A stretch of DNA of 64,000 bases from Moniliella sp. 'wahieum' (Eukaryota). Below the pieces are notes generated by a model that was not told where the DNA came from, ran no database searches, and saw only the letters and a list, made by a program, of their open reading frames with translations. Positions 1 to 13,124 of the stretch are shown in pieces (the first letter of the stretch is position 1; each line of letters begins with the position of its first letter). The position numbers and the translations under genes were made by a program. The stretch is taken from assembly GCA_003971905.1 (NCBI GenBank), contig RSEE01000037.1, forward strand, positions 186,001 to 250,000. Reading direction: 5' to 3'.

Positions 1-2670
1 AAATCAGCCCAGCCTTGAGACCAGGGGATAACGTATTTCATCCCTGTTTGGGGTACGCTCCCCGTCACAGCAGCGGGCGGAAGGGGTGAAGGAGCAAGGT
101 GGAAAATGGAAGTCAAATCCGTCGAAAACCGGCACTCGCTGACCAAGAGCAGGAACGCCTCCACCACAGGGTGTTCGCGATCGGCTTGGAGTTTAGGGGC
201 GAGCCACTTGGTCTGTTGGGAGGTTGTTCCAAGCGCCCCTAATACAGGCGTACCGGTGGGGTTGCCGGTCGATGTGGCCAACTGATAGGACTGGCGCAGG
301 GACTGAGCCCGCTTGTTGGTGAGAAGAAGAGCGTCAAGACAATGTCCCAATCGGACCATGTGGTGGGAGTGAGGCATTGCAATTCGGTCTGCACCCTGCA
401 CGTACCATGGGGCATTTGTTGTCCCACGTCCTCGGGTCCTGCCGCTTCGACAGGCAAGATGGAACGGTAGAACGAGATCATCTCCATATCCACCATCTCG
501 TCGCCCAATGAGGCCAACGTCTTGAGAGCAGGAGAGAGGATGTGCAAACTTAACAGGACCGGCAGTCCGCGTTGAGCAGAAGACGACCGGGACGAAGGGA
601 CTGATATGGTAGAGGTTTGCATGTGCTGATCCACGTACCGTGCCGCATGAATCATGTACCGAAGGCCGCCGACAACAAGTGAAAGCTCCAAGAGGGGCTC
701 CTCTACAGAAACAAGTGCCATACCCGCCAATCGATCCACCACCGCACGAAGAGTTAAGTTACCATAGAAGGAAGACAGCAGCTTATCTTCCATCGCATAT
801 ACCCTGGCGGACAAGGAGGAGTCATCGACTAAACCCAGCTGGTCACGCCCAAGGATGCGGGACAGACAAACGGACAGCGGCGCCAACGTCGGAGGAGGAA
901 AGATACCGAAAGAAATAACCGTCTCGAAGAGTGACAGGATAAGATGTAGCTCCCTAGGGCGTAACATAGCGAGTGGGTGCGTTGTAGGGCCTGTTGGGGG
1001 CGAGACAGCGGCAGCGTTACTCAAAGAACCTGGGGGTGATTGTGCGGAGGCCGGCGCTACAACGGGGGCGGGCTGAAAGATGTTAGAACTCCGTTTGCGA
1101 AGTGCCGCTGCGGGCGTTGCAGGGGAGCCAACAGCGGGTGCAGAGGGAGGAGGAGCCCGGGATGAGGGCTGCTCCCCCGTACCCGAGTGAGGGAGGTGCT
1201 CCATGAACTACGCTCCTTTCGGACGGTGGATTGGGACAGAGGCGACTTCACCGGGGCGGCATCCGGGGCAGAGACTGGGGAGGTCGGATCAATACCTTGC
1301 AGGGACTCACGTGGAGCAAGGGGACACCGTTGAGGATTGGAAACGGCACAAACGGCCATCAACATGTCTTGGACGGCCACCAACGGCACCTTGGCGAAAT
1401 TAAACTCAACGACAGAAAAAACAGCTCAATAAGCGAGGAAAATGTTCGCTCTTCTTGCAACATGGGGTCGTACCGCAAGTCATGGTGCAAAGGAGGTTCG
1501 GTGTCTGACAAGGTCTCCATACCATCCCTCACCCGAAATAAGTTTGTAGACGACTCAATGAAGAGGCTGTGCACCGTTTGGAGTAGCTCTGGGAATGGAA
1601 GAATGTCCCTCCCTTCTCGTGTGAGTACCAAAATGGCACGCACTTGGACCGAGCGCACCACAGGCCGGGGGATCAGTTCGTCCGTACTTGGTGGGAGTGC
1701 GTCCACTTGGGTGGAAGATGGAGAGAGGGGCGTTGATGATACAGGAATGGGCGCACGAGGATCCGAAACACGCTCCGCATCAGAAATGGATGTCTGTGCT
1801 GGCCCCTTTTGCACTGCCCTGCGTAGTGATGGGAGGGGGGAGAGGGAGTAAAGCGAGGACAAGGAGATAGAACGATCGCCTCTCGGGAGATGTGAGCGAG
1901 GGGGTGAGAGGGGGTGGTTTAGCCGAGGATAAGGGGGCGGAGGAAGGAACAGTTGGGGTGGGAAAATGGCAAGACGAGCATCGTTAAGCTTGATACTGGA
2001 CATGAGGATCTCCGTAGCAGCCAAGCGAACTGACATTGGCAAGGACGAGGTAGAACCCGCGCTCAGTGGACCTGGAGGGTCACGAGATGTCCTGCCACCC
2101 TGTAGCAAGTCCCGTGCCAATTCAAACACGTCCGACAATGCGAATGGGAGCGTGGGGGATCTGGGACTTGGGTCTCAGTAGAGGCAGGAACATTTTCGCG
2201 TGTCTCGAGGATGAGCGACTGGTTTATGCGGACCAATAGAGCGAGGAGAATGTTAGACACCGTGTTGGCCTGCGGCGAGGATATGGTTCCTCGCCTATCA
2301 GAGCAGACACTTGGGCCAAGAGGCTGTGCGCTGCCTGGTCCGACTGGGGTACGAGCTTAGCAACCTGGGCCGAGGAAGCGCCGAGCAAAGACAGGTACCA
2401 TTCGGGCAAGCCCAACAGAGCGAGGACGGGCTCAGACGCAGAGGCTGCCTCGCTGGCCATGGCCGTAGCGGACGGGGAAGACGCTGGGTCAGAAATGGGG
2501 GCGTTGCTGGAGGAGGAAGAGGCGGCGGCTGCGGATGCGGATGCAGATGCGGACGCGGTCCAGGACGGGCCACCGCGGGACCATCCAACCATCTCTCCCA
2601 CGGCTCGAACTTTTTGGAGCTGATCGCGGGGAGAGGGGGGGTTTGGAACGAGGGCGGAAGGGTCGGACAT
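1..2670 (-). CDS. TSC2: Tuberin (TSC2)-like protein, N-terminal part; continues off the left edge; frameshifted
   Basis: Joined ORFs 2224-2670, 1359-2138 and 239-1204. Motifs VLTREGRDI (cf. TSC2 ALTDNGRHI) and ELHLILSLFETVISFGIFPPPTLAPLSVCLSRIL...LLSSFYGNLTLRAV...LVVGGLRY resemble the tuberin N-terminal region from memory. ATG at 2670. Confidence 0.7.
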
Positions 2671-3268
2671 CTGCGGAGGGGACGGGGAGGTGCGTTAGGC
2701 AAGGCAGACGGGGGGCTGCGCATACACGGGAGTGGCAGGAGGCGTGCGTACTGGGGCAATGAGCACGGGAAGCGAGACGAGGCGGGGGGAGAGCGGGAGG
2801 GTTCAGAGAGCCATGAGGCGGGAGGGATGAGCGCGGGTGGAGGGGGTGGGGGTGGGGGTGGGGGAGATGGAGACGGGTGGGGATGGGGGAGGAGTGGAGA
2901 CGGGGGTGGGGATGGGATGGGGATGGGGAATGCGAGCGTGTGGCGAGCGACGGCGGAGGAGCGGACGGGGACGGCGGTGGCAGCCGTGCAGCTGGGCATG
3001 CTTGACATGTGGCATGCTGGCGCCGCCAGACAGGAGGCGATGAATATTGAATGTTCAAAAGCGCACACTTTTACAATTTCACAATTGCGCTCAGGGCCAA
3101 TTTCAAATTGCACCTTGCCTTTGGAGATTCACAAGCGAAGTCCGCCGCAGCGGGCGAATGGGGCGCTTACAAATGGGCTGCCCCGGCGTCTGGGCAGAAG
3201 AGGCTGGGTGGGCTTCGGGGTGGCCGGCTGGTGGCCTGCGCGTGTTCCCGCCCCCTACCACCCTGACC

Positions 3269-3863
3269 ATGTCTCTCACTACCTTGGCGAGTCGGAGCCC
3301 AGCGTGTTCGGCACGGTCACCAGCTTCGTCTCCTCCTTCTTCCCCACCCTCCACGCCGAGGAAGAGGAAGCGGAGGAAGAGGAGCGAGTGAGGAGGAGGA
3401 GAAGAGGAGGAGGAAGAGGAGGAGGACGACGAGCCAGTCGACCCGCGCGAGGAGATCTACGCTGCGTGCGAGGAGAAGGAATGCAGCTCGGCCAAGCACC
3501 ACTTTGACGAATGCCAAACCCGTGTCGAGGCTGGCAAGCTTCTCTTCGAGGGGAGGACTGCATTGAGGAGTTGTACGACCTTATTCCCCTTCTTTTTTCC
3601 CTTGCCCTTTCCTCCTCTCTTTTGATTTCAGCCCAGTTCCTGACGTACTAACCATTTGCTTGCTTGCGCTTCGCACCCCCCGCCCTTCCCTTTCCCCCCT
3701 TGCTCGCCATCTTGCCCATCTATCCTTATCCAGCTGTGTGTATCTCTGCCGCGTATCTCCTGCATCTCCATCCACGGACCACTGACATGTCCCTTCTGCA
3801 GTCCACTTGACTCACTGCGCAGCCGAGTGCACCGCGCCAAAGCTGTTCGCCAAGCTGGCTTAA
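3269..3863 (+). CDS. QCR6: Cytochrome bc1 complex subunit 6 (hinge protein); 3 exons: 3269-3572, 3734-3735, 3802-3863
   Basis: Acidic poly-E tract, then DEPVDPREEIYAACEEKECSSAKHHFDECQTRV...EDCIEE-FF-HLTHCAAECTAPKLFAKLA*. Introns 3573-3733 and 3736-3801. Not present as a single ORF in the track. Confidence 0.93.
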
Positions 3864-4169
3864 TACTTCACGTGCAAGGTGGACAGACCGGAACAGATAC
3901 CGACCCACGCTCAACAAAGCCTACAACCAAGCAGCCTGACGCAGCACGGCGGACTGGGCAAAGAAATGCATACTTTTTGTCCGGCGTCATGCAATGCATC
4001 CTGCACATCATGCATCATGCGCCATGCGTCATGCGCCATGCGCTTCCTCTAATTCTGTTCTTGTCCCACACGCTTTCCAGTAGACCACTGGGGTGCCCCG
4101 TCGCTGGACGCGACCGGCGAACGACGACCGGGGACCGCTTGGACCCATTGGATGCCAGTGCTAGTCCAG

Positions 4170-7100
4170 TGTAATGTCCAGTACCGGCGACTTGACCTTC
4201 CGCCGCTGACGCGGGTGGCTGCGCACGCTCACCTCTGTCGGCGGCACGGGACAAACATGATGGGCACTTCAGGCTCGGGCACTGGCAACGGGTTCTTCCG
4301 CGGCCGTCCACGTGGCCGACGAGCCGGGGGTGGGACCTCGGCCTTGACGTCTGCCTTGACGAGCTTTTTGGCCGATGGTGCAAAGGGTGAGAGAGAAGGA
4401 CGGGGAGGAGGAGGGGGACGAAGGGAGAGGGGGAAGGAATAGGTTCAGATGCAGAGGTGAGAGAGGACTGTTCGGTTGGAACGGGCGTTCGTTGGATGCA
4501 GGTGCCAGTGCAGTTGGGGTCCGGGATTTCCTCGACTTGGATTTAGTGGTGGCCTTGGATATGCGGGTGGAGTGGAATGGGCTGGTGGGCTTGGGTTTGC
4601 TTTTGGGCTTCGATGTGGGGGCGGGTGGGAAGGACTGGTAGTTTCAGACTTGCTGCTGAGCTCGGGCTTGTCAGTGGGTTCATGAGACGCAGCGGAGGTC
4701 TCGGACGGCGTGGGTGTCTGGAGCGATTTGGCGGGAATGGCCGGCTCAGTGTGCTTGGGCGTCAAGGCTTCCTAAGCGTCTTGGGCTCCTTGGGCTTTTT
4801 GGGCTCTTGGGCTTTTTGGGCTCCTTGGGCTTTTTGGGCTCCTTGGGCTCCTTGGGCTCCTTGGGCGTCTTGGGCTTCCTGGGCTCCTTGAATTCTTTGG
4901 GCTCCTGCGACTCTTGGCCTTCGTGGCTTCCTTGGCGTCCTTGGTAGATGTGCGGGACTTGGTGCTGCGAAGCGCCTAGATGGTTTGGAACGTTGGAGGG
5001 TCACCTTGGTTGTGTCGGTCTCAACGAGGCAGAGGAGTGCTCCGTCTCATTCGGTCCTTCTCACGGTGGCTGCGTCCGAGCAGACCAATCTGAGTGAAGA
5101 GGGCGCGAGTCTCCTTGGCGGCCTGAACGCCGGTTTTGAACGAAGGAAGACGTTAAAGCAGGCCGTCAGGGTCGTGCTGACGGCCGGACCGTTATGGGGA
5201 AGAAACGGTTCGTTGTCAACATCACTCCTCTCCCCCTCCGCGGACAGGAAGGGAGCACGACGAAGCGCATAGTAGCGTGCTGCATCACGAACCCATTCCA
5301 CCCCATACGGCTTGGCGTGCATATTGAAAAAGACAAGATTAGGATCGAGGACTTGACCTTTTTCCGTCTCGTAGGCTTTTGATTTGCGCAGCTGACCGAG
5401 ACTGGTGTGCAGCGTGCGCTCCCCCTCCAACGAGGTAACATAAAGTGAACGTCTCGTCCAGGCTCTGGAGCAAATCCGGGTCCAGCACCGACTCATCCCC
5501 TTGACTCGACACCAAGGGCTCCAAGTGAGAAAGCGCATTGCCGCCCCCGACGCAGGCCAAGAGCATCCGTCCATCACGCTCCCGTAGCCAGGAACTGACG
5601 AGGACCAAGAGCCGCATGCGCAGCCAGAGCTGGAACCCGCACGGTACACGGCCGCGAGCACGGCAACGGGCGTCTTGTCTTTCCCACTGCGCGCGTCAAA
5701 GGTGGGTGGGCAGCGCGAGTTGAGCCTGAGCAAACGCTGGCCATTTGATGCGATGGTCCCCCGGCGTTTGCGGGACGGGGTCAAAGAAGAGCGAGACAAG
5801 TAAGGTGGGCAGCGGAGCTGACATCTTATCGTACAGGCCCATCATGAGCAGTGGCAAATCGGTAGGGAATATCGATGCCCGTATGGACGCGATCGAGAAT
5901 CGCCTTAAGCCAAGTTCGGGAAGAGAGGAAGACCACAATGCATAGGAACAGCGAGCTGGCCTTAAGACCGAGACACGTGCCTGTTGCGCTCGGAGTGTAC
6001 GCCCCAGTTCGGAATCACATTGAGTTCTGCCACAGTGTAGGGGGGGGTGGTGGGGTGAAGCAGCCACTGGATCAAATGGGAAATGTACGCGCGCAGCCGG
6101 CCCGCACTTGCGGTGCTTGTCTTGGGCTTGTGCGCGCGAGGACGATACTCTTGTCCGCCTAGACGCGGGTCATAGAGCCGTCTTGCCTCCTCGGACTCGG
6201 AGCACATCCACACCTTCTGTTGCGCCAGAGCAAAGGCGCTCGCACCTCGGATCACAGGCCGGACGAAGATGCGCCAACGATCCACAGGCGCAGTCAGTTT
6301 CCGCGAGGTCGACCTGAGCTCCGAGCCCATTGGTCGCCCCCCGGTCTCCCATCGGACGCTGAGGCAGGGGACGGAGATGCTCTCCCCGCGAACCAACAAA
6401 GGGGTCAAATCATCCCACATGTCCGAGTCGGTGTAGCCAACGTCCACCTCATAGTCGAGCATTTGCGGGCGGGGCGAGTCAAACGTGCGCAAGTCTAGCG
6501 CAGAGATATGTGTTAGGAGGGCCCAGTGTGCAAAGAGACACAACACACGTACCGTTGGCATAGCGTTTGCTAGACACTTGTTTCAGCATCTCGCCCATTT
6601 TCCTATTGGCATACAAGGACCGAAGGAGCTGCGCCACCGTCTGCGCATCCGATTTGGCAGGTAACGCGTTAGCCGTCGCACCGTCCAATGCTGATGCAGA
6701 AGGAACGTAGCCGTGCTGCTGAAGGAAACTGATGTTCTGCTGCAGCTGAGCTGTGGGATCAGCCAACGTTCTTGGTTGGTCCAGCATTGGTTTATCCGGC
6801 GTTGGGTTGGAGGGTTCAGCTGGCTGGCGCTTCTTCCTGCGCAGCCTCCTTCTCCTTTGGGGGCAGATGCCTCAGGTACGCCGGGACCAACCAGGACTGC
6901 AGCCCAAATGCTGGATCCCCCAAGGGATCCTCAGGGAGGAAGCGCTGACCAGGCAGGAGGGGCAGGACGTCCTCTATCCTAGGCTCGGGCTTGTCCGGGA
7001 GAGGGTCCGTCCGCAGGGAAGGGCTCAGAAGTGCATGGGCAGTAGCTTGAGCGGGCGAGACGACGGCGGTGTTCGAGCCTGGTGCCAGCGCAGGTACAGA

Positions 7101-7373
7101 ATACTCGTCGTCATCGCTAATCGGGGTTAAGGAAAGGGGGTCGTCCCGGCCATCTGCATCGCTGGAGAGGCGGCGCAGCGGATACGGGGCCAGTCCCCAT
7201 GCCCTGTGCCTAGGCCACCTACTCGCAGGCCAGACCGACTCCTGTCGTGCCGCAACCCCATAGCCGAGCGCACGAGGCAATCAGCATAGGCGCGGCGGCG
7301 ACGCGGAGGTTGGGTGTTGGTTGGTGGAACCGGTGGACAGCACAGACGCTGTGGTTCAGGTTGCAATTTTCAT
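4170..7373 (-). CDS. Large hypothetical protein (frameshifted), with a C-terminal K/E/P-rich repeat
   Basis: Chain of overlapping minus-strand ORFs with protein-like composition (6816-7280, 6479-6787, 5962-6561, 5696-6067, 5047-5799, 4445-4765). No family recognised; both ends uncertain. Confidence 0.55.
4780..4906. repeat. 9-bp tandem repeat (TTGGGCTCC/TTGGGCTTT), probably encoding PKE/PKK repeats on the minus strand
   Basis: About 13 degenerate units visible directly in the sequence. Confidence 0.85.
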
Positions 7374-7992
7374 CGTTTGGAATTGGGATTGCTGCTGTAT
7401 CATTTCAGGAGACTTGTACGGCTGCTAGCTGGCTACACCATATAAACACCGGATAGTCCGGGGGGGGAGCGTGGCCGCCGCAACTAGTGTATGTGGGGGG
7501 GTGGCGTACACCTCACTGCATATGGTAGAATGGCGAGAAGGTCTGGCAGATCCAGGCCTTTCCTGCTTCCAGGAGACGCCCGTCCATCGCCGCAAGTGCC
7601 GCGGGGCATCACGATCTGCCCAGTGAGGCTCATGCTGGGTGGAATAGGGCAGGACGGGGGCACTGCATGCGGACAGAGGGGTCCTGCGGGGAAAGGAGAA
7701 GTGGAACAGCAGAGAATAAAGAAAATGGGGCAAAGTATGAATCAGACAGAGGGACAAAGGGGGTAAACATCATGATCGGCCCGGGACGCAGCCAAAGAGG
7801 TAGAGACAGGAGGACGAGTATGGGGTGTTGGTCAAAAGCCAAGCGGGATAAGGGAGGGGGGGGGGGGGGGGCGAAGAGCGAGAGAGAGAGAAGAGAGAGA
7901 GAGAGAGGGAGAGGGGAGGGAGAGAAGGGGGACAGGCGAGGATGGAGGGGGCCGAAAGGGGGCGAGAAAAGGTCCAGGAGAGACAGGTGCGG

Positions 7993-8675
7993 TTAGCAGT
8001 TGCATGCGTCCGAGTCGGTCTGGGCGCCTCCCTCAGATCCACCCCGCCCCTGGTCTGGGCAGCTTACTAGCCGATGAAGTGGGGGTACGAGGGAGCTTCT
8101 CGGCGATGAGACGGAAGAGCTCGGTGACATGCAGGCCCGATTTGGCCGAGGTCTCAATGAAGAGCAGACCTTCTTGCGCAGCATATGCCTCGGCCTCCTC
8201 GGTGGGCACTGCCTGGCGTCGGTGGCCAGATCCGCTTTGTTGCCGGCCAATGCAATGACAATGTTGGGGTCAGCCTGGCGGTGCAGCTCGGCGATCCACT
8301 CCTTGGCCTTGGCGAGGGACGACTGGGGGGAGCAAGGCAGGTGAGCAGAGGAGCAAGCGGAGAAGCAGAACAAGGGCAGGGGAGACAGCGTGCGTACCGG
8401 CTGGGTGACGTCGTACACGACGACGGCACAGTTGCGTTGCGGTAGTACATGGGGGCCAAGGACTTGTATCGTTCCTGGCCGGCCGTGTCCCAGATCTCGA
8501 ACTTGACAATGGTGGCGGGGTCGAGGCGGATGGACTGGGTGAGGAAGCAGCGCCGATGGTGGACTCGCGGTAGTCGTCGAACTGGTCCTTGACGAAGCGC
8601 ATGACGAGGGCTCTTGCCCACGGCGGACTCGCCGAGGAGGACGAGCTTGAACTGGAATGTCTGCGGGGCGGCCAT
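7993..8675 (-). CDS. Rab5-family small GTPase (Ypt5/Vps21/Ypt52-like); intron 8323-8397
   Basis: [48 protein letters not shown] and C-terminal CNC prenylation motif. Confidence 0.95.
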
Positions 8676-8813
8676 GGGGGGCGGGGGGGGGGCGGGCGCG
8701 CGGTGGGAAGGGGCGGGCGCGGCGGGTATTAGATGTCGATGGCCTCGGCGGGCGACAAGAGCCACGGCAGGAGCGAGAAGGGCGGCGCGCTCCACACGGC
8801 GCGGTGCCATGTG

Positions 8814-8825
8814 GCTGACGTCAGC
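8814..8825. promoter_or_regulatory. CRE/ATF palindrome GCTGACGTCAGC upstream of the Rab5 gene
   Basis: Perfect 12-bp palindrome about 140 bp upstream of the ATG; identical copy at 29181-29192. Confidence 0.45.
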
Positions 8826-9931
8826 AGCAGGTGGGACGTGCTCCCCTCGCCTGCTTATCGGCGGCGGGGCGGGCGCGTGGAAAGCAGCGACACAGGCGCC
8901 GTGCCACGCAGCCCTACTCTCGCCGCCGCCGCCGGGCACGACCGTCCGAGCAACAACCGCTCCCCGCTCCCACCTCCTGAATCTGAGATCTGGCCCTGTG
9001 TGCCCATCCATGCCTGGCGGTGCCCATCCTGACCTTGATCCCGCGCGGTGTGTTGCCCGTGCGGCGGGGTGGTGGATGCTGCGCTCTCTGCTGTGCTTGC
9101 TGCCAGGCGAGGCCATGGCTCGTGAGGGATGACTGACACAGTAAATGATGACGAGGAAGGGCAACACGGTAACGGATGCAGCCCAGCGCCAAGACGTCGT
9201 TTAACATGGGTTGAAACATGGGTTGATGCTGAGTATATACTGACACTGTGTGTGCGAGAGACCCGAGACGGCGCATGGAACTAATACTACTGTGTCCTGG
9301 GGTGTGCCGCATAATATACTCTGTCAGTCCACGGGGGATTCAATCTGCCTGTCTGGTTGTGCGTGCTGCTCACTTGGCGAATGTACCATCAGGTCGATTG
9401 TGGCGCTCAAGCTGTGGCCCATGCGACGATGGGCCTGGCCGTTTGCGTGTGCACACCTGCTGGTCTTGTCTGGGTGGATACACAATGCTGGTGCAATGAA
9501 TCGGCGTCCCCAAACGTAGGCCGCAGTCGGAGCGCCACTTGGGGTTGGTGGGTAGTTACCGTCGGTATCCGCGTGTCGCTGGCGAGATGCAGATGGTCGG
9601 GAGAGCGAGAGAGGAGGGAGTGTCGGAGGGGGATGAGAGATTGGACCGCGTTTGTCAGGGCCTGGTTGGAATTGAAATGCAGGGAGGCGTCGCAAGTTGC
9701 AAGCAGGGAGACGACGCAGGGGGGCAGTGCAGCTGTAGTGACCAGGTGACTGCGGGGGCTGTTCTGCGCACGGGGACGAGCCCAGTCGACCCGCTCGCTA
9801 CTCGTACTGACTGCGCACGATCCTCCCCCCCATCCGCCATCCGCAGCAGCTCCCATCCCATCGCCTCCGCCGCCTCCGCCGCCCCCCACCATCCCCACCG
9901 CCCCCCCACGGCCCACGGGCCCTCACCCCCC

Positions 9932-12900
9932 ATGGTCTTCTCCTTTCTTCCGCACCGCCGACGCCAGCCACAGCGACGCTGCCCCCGCCGCCGCCTCCCC
10001 CTCGGCCCCGCTGCGTCTCGGGCGGCAGGACGAGCCCCATCTGGCTGATGGCGGCAACCTCTACGCGTCGTCCCCCCCCCTGCCTCTGCCTCCTCTGGCC
10101 CCATCGCCGGCTTCTTCGCGACATTGGCCGCTCCGCCCAGGCTGCCTTGGCCCCCCTACGCCCCTCGGCCAGCCGCTGATCCCACCGGCCTCCGCTCCTT
10201 CCTCCGCTGCCGTCGGCGACATTCTCCATCGCGACCCCTATGCAGCCTCCAAGGAGCGCCAGCAGCAGCGCCAAAACAAGGCCGACGCTCACGCCTTGGC
10301 ACCTGCCGCTGGCACGCTCCACATGCCTGGTGGCCCCCCATTTGCAGTGGCTGAGCAAGAGGAGAAGCAGAAGGAGGAGGAGGAGGAGGAGAACTTCGCA
10401 ACTCACATACCGCCAGTGGTTTGCCTCCTCCCTCGCTCCAGGGCGAAGTAGGTTTGACCATATCCCCCCTTCTGTCGATCTGTCCTCTCCCCCGCGCGGC
10501 TGCGCGTGCGCCCTCCGCTTCTCCGCACCCCCCTTCGGTGGAAGTTCGGCGGAAACGCACCAAGCACAGAAAGCCCAAGTTGCCACCCGAACAGCTCGTG
10601 ATCGTATGTCCTCCTCTGCTCTTCGATCACGCTGTGTATTCTAACCCCCCCCCCCCCACCCGACCCCGACCTTGGGATCCCTCCAGGTCCGCCCGCCCCA
10701 GACGAAACATGTCCACCCGCTTAACTTACAGATCAGCTCGTCTCGAAGCGCAATCGAGATCGACCGGGCACAACTGCTCGCATACGTCTAGCACCAGTGC
10801 CGGCAACTCTTTCCCTCGCTCGAGCTTTGACAGCATTGCGAGTGGGATCAGTGTCTTACCGGAAGATGCTGTGTTTAGTCCCGATGCCACGACGGAAGGA
10901 GGGGACGCAACGGCCGACTACGATTTGTTCGGCGCCACGAATGCGCCAGAGTGATTCGGCGGGAAGTCACTCTCAATCGGTAGAGAATGGGGCGGACGTG
11001 CCACGACGACCTAGTACAGCGTCCAACCGCAGTGAACAATCGATCGAGACGTTGGGTTCGTTTGCCAGTGGTGCTCACAGTAGCACACTAAGCCACTCGA
11101 CCTTCCGCTCAAGAATCATTCCTCTCTACAACCTTGCCTTCCACACCCTCTTGCCCACCATCATTTCCGATGCGGGCACCGACGAGCGCGTGGCCAAAGT
11201 GACCAAGCGCGGGTTCCTTGAACTGGACAACCTTGCTGTGCTTGAACCGGCCGAGATCGTGTTTGGTGTGAACGATATCGACTCGCTCACCCAAGCATCC
11301 AGTGCGCCCTTCCCCCCCACTTCCCCTACCGGGCTCATCTCGCCTCGGCCGCTGAAAACCCCATTAGAGCCGGTTCAAAGCAGGTCGCATACCCAATCGG
11401 AAGAAGAGGAGGAGGACGGGGCACAGAGCGGCGACGCCCATCCCAATCTCTCTTTCAATGGCATCCCCCACCAATTTACCTCTACTGGCGGGCTGGCTCA
11501 ACCACCCTTCGTTAGGTCGGACAGATCGGTCGTTGCAAGTGCGCAACCACAAAAGGCTGGCGTTTTCTCTTGCTCCATCTACAAGCGTCGTTGAGCCAAG
11601 ATATCACCCCCACCTCAAGCAACAAACTTGCTGCGCCCAAGTCGATGGTGAGCGCCACCCCGTCTCCTCCACGCAGGAATGTGTTTGGTCGGCCAACCAG
11701 CACGTCTACCGAGGAAGGAAACAAACTCTTGTCGGGATTCAGGCGTCTGCTGAACAACCAGCGTACCCCGCCTGCCTCTGCCTCTGCCGTGCCTGTCATG
11801 CCTACAGGGTCCAAGGTGGGCGTCTCTCGTACCTCTACCAGTGGCTCGCGAGCATCCTTAGATCGGAGAAGGGACACAGCACGACGCTTATCGTTGATTC
11901 GCCCACGTCCGGATTCTGCCCTTGGGAGCGACGGCGGCCACGACGCGGAAACCGCTTCGGTCACCACGCGGGCCAGCTTCAACCCTCGGTGGCGGAGAAG
12001 GTGTGCCGATGGTGCCGGTGGAACGCAAGGTGAACGGTCGTCGTGCGCAGGGGTACGTTTGGATGGTGCGCAAGTGGCTTCGTACGTCTTTGCCTGATAC
12101 AGGGCCGCAAGAAGCCGAGGTCAAGCCTACGGCGCTCCGTGCATCGGCCAGCATGGGCTCGGTACGGAGCAAGGCATCAACAGCAGCAAGTGGAACGCTC
12201 AGTAGCGTTTGGTCGCACTACAACCTGGTCGAACGTGCAGGTGGGCACGAGCCACCCCCTCCCGCGCTCGATCCCCATTCGGATCGAATGGACACGGGAA
12301 ACCGAGCGCGCCCGGCGCGTAAGGGGGAAAGAGGCGTCTCGCGCGGCCGCGCTGGCGTCACTGGAACGTGCTGGGTCTAGCGCAGGGGTAGCGTTATCGT
12401 CCGTGGCGCTATCTCGCTCCTACTTCAGCCGTGTCCCCCTCGCGCGCCGTAACGGCACGCGCATTTGCCCGTCCCCTCCTCAGCCACATTTACCAATGGC
12501 GATACGCGCTCCCCCTCGACTCGCCGCTCCCATGCACGTGGCGTCTCCCTCGACCTCCCTGGCTCGGGATCAAGATCAGGATCGGGATCGGGATCGCGCG
12601 ACCCTAGTCCTACCCGCAACGTGCTTGCTGATCGACTAGGTCGTACCGCCCTCCGCTCCTCCTTGGCCGACAGCCCGTCCCAAAGTCGAACTTCGGCATC
12701 CGCTTCGCGATCCGTACGGCGCGTAGACCAGGACGCCTCCCTCACCCCGCGGGACGTAGCTGGGACAGCGCCAGCATCGGCAACGCCCACGGCGGTCCCT
12801 GGGGGAGAAGGCAGAAGCGGGTCGGAACTTGCCGAGTCCGATCCCGATTCCGACCCGGAAGATTCGGAACGACCATGGCGATGCGCTTTGGTCTTGGGTG

Positions 12901-13124
12901 CACGTACCCGCGTGCCTTTGGGGTTACTGACGCCAGCTCCGTACCACCCAAGGTAATTGGTCAACTGATCATTCCTACCCGCTGCCCAACTTGAGCGCTT
13001 CGGGCCTCGGCTCCGACGGGCTGGATTGACCCCCGAGGAACTCAAGGATATCACCATGACTACCTCGCTCCACCTTGTTATCCGCGAAGGCTTTGGCGTG
13101 CTGTCGCGCGCTAAGCGCCAGTAA
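9932..13124 (+). CDS. Conserved-looking fungal hypothetical protein, S/R-rich; probable intron 10604-10686
   Basis: Joined ORFs with blocks FRSRIIPLYNLAFH...SDAGTDERVAK and SDPEDSERPWRCAL...LTPAPYHP...LTPEELKDI...LVIREGFG. Intron GTATGT...CTAAC...CAG. Start uncertain. Confidence 0.65.

Noticed and set aside
3569..3740. Stwintron (nested intron) explanation for the QCR6 split
   Set aside because: Removing the first intron does not create a valid external donor that restores the frame, whereas the 2-nt exon gives the conserved EEFFH.
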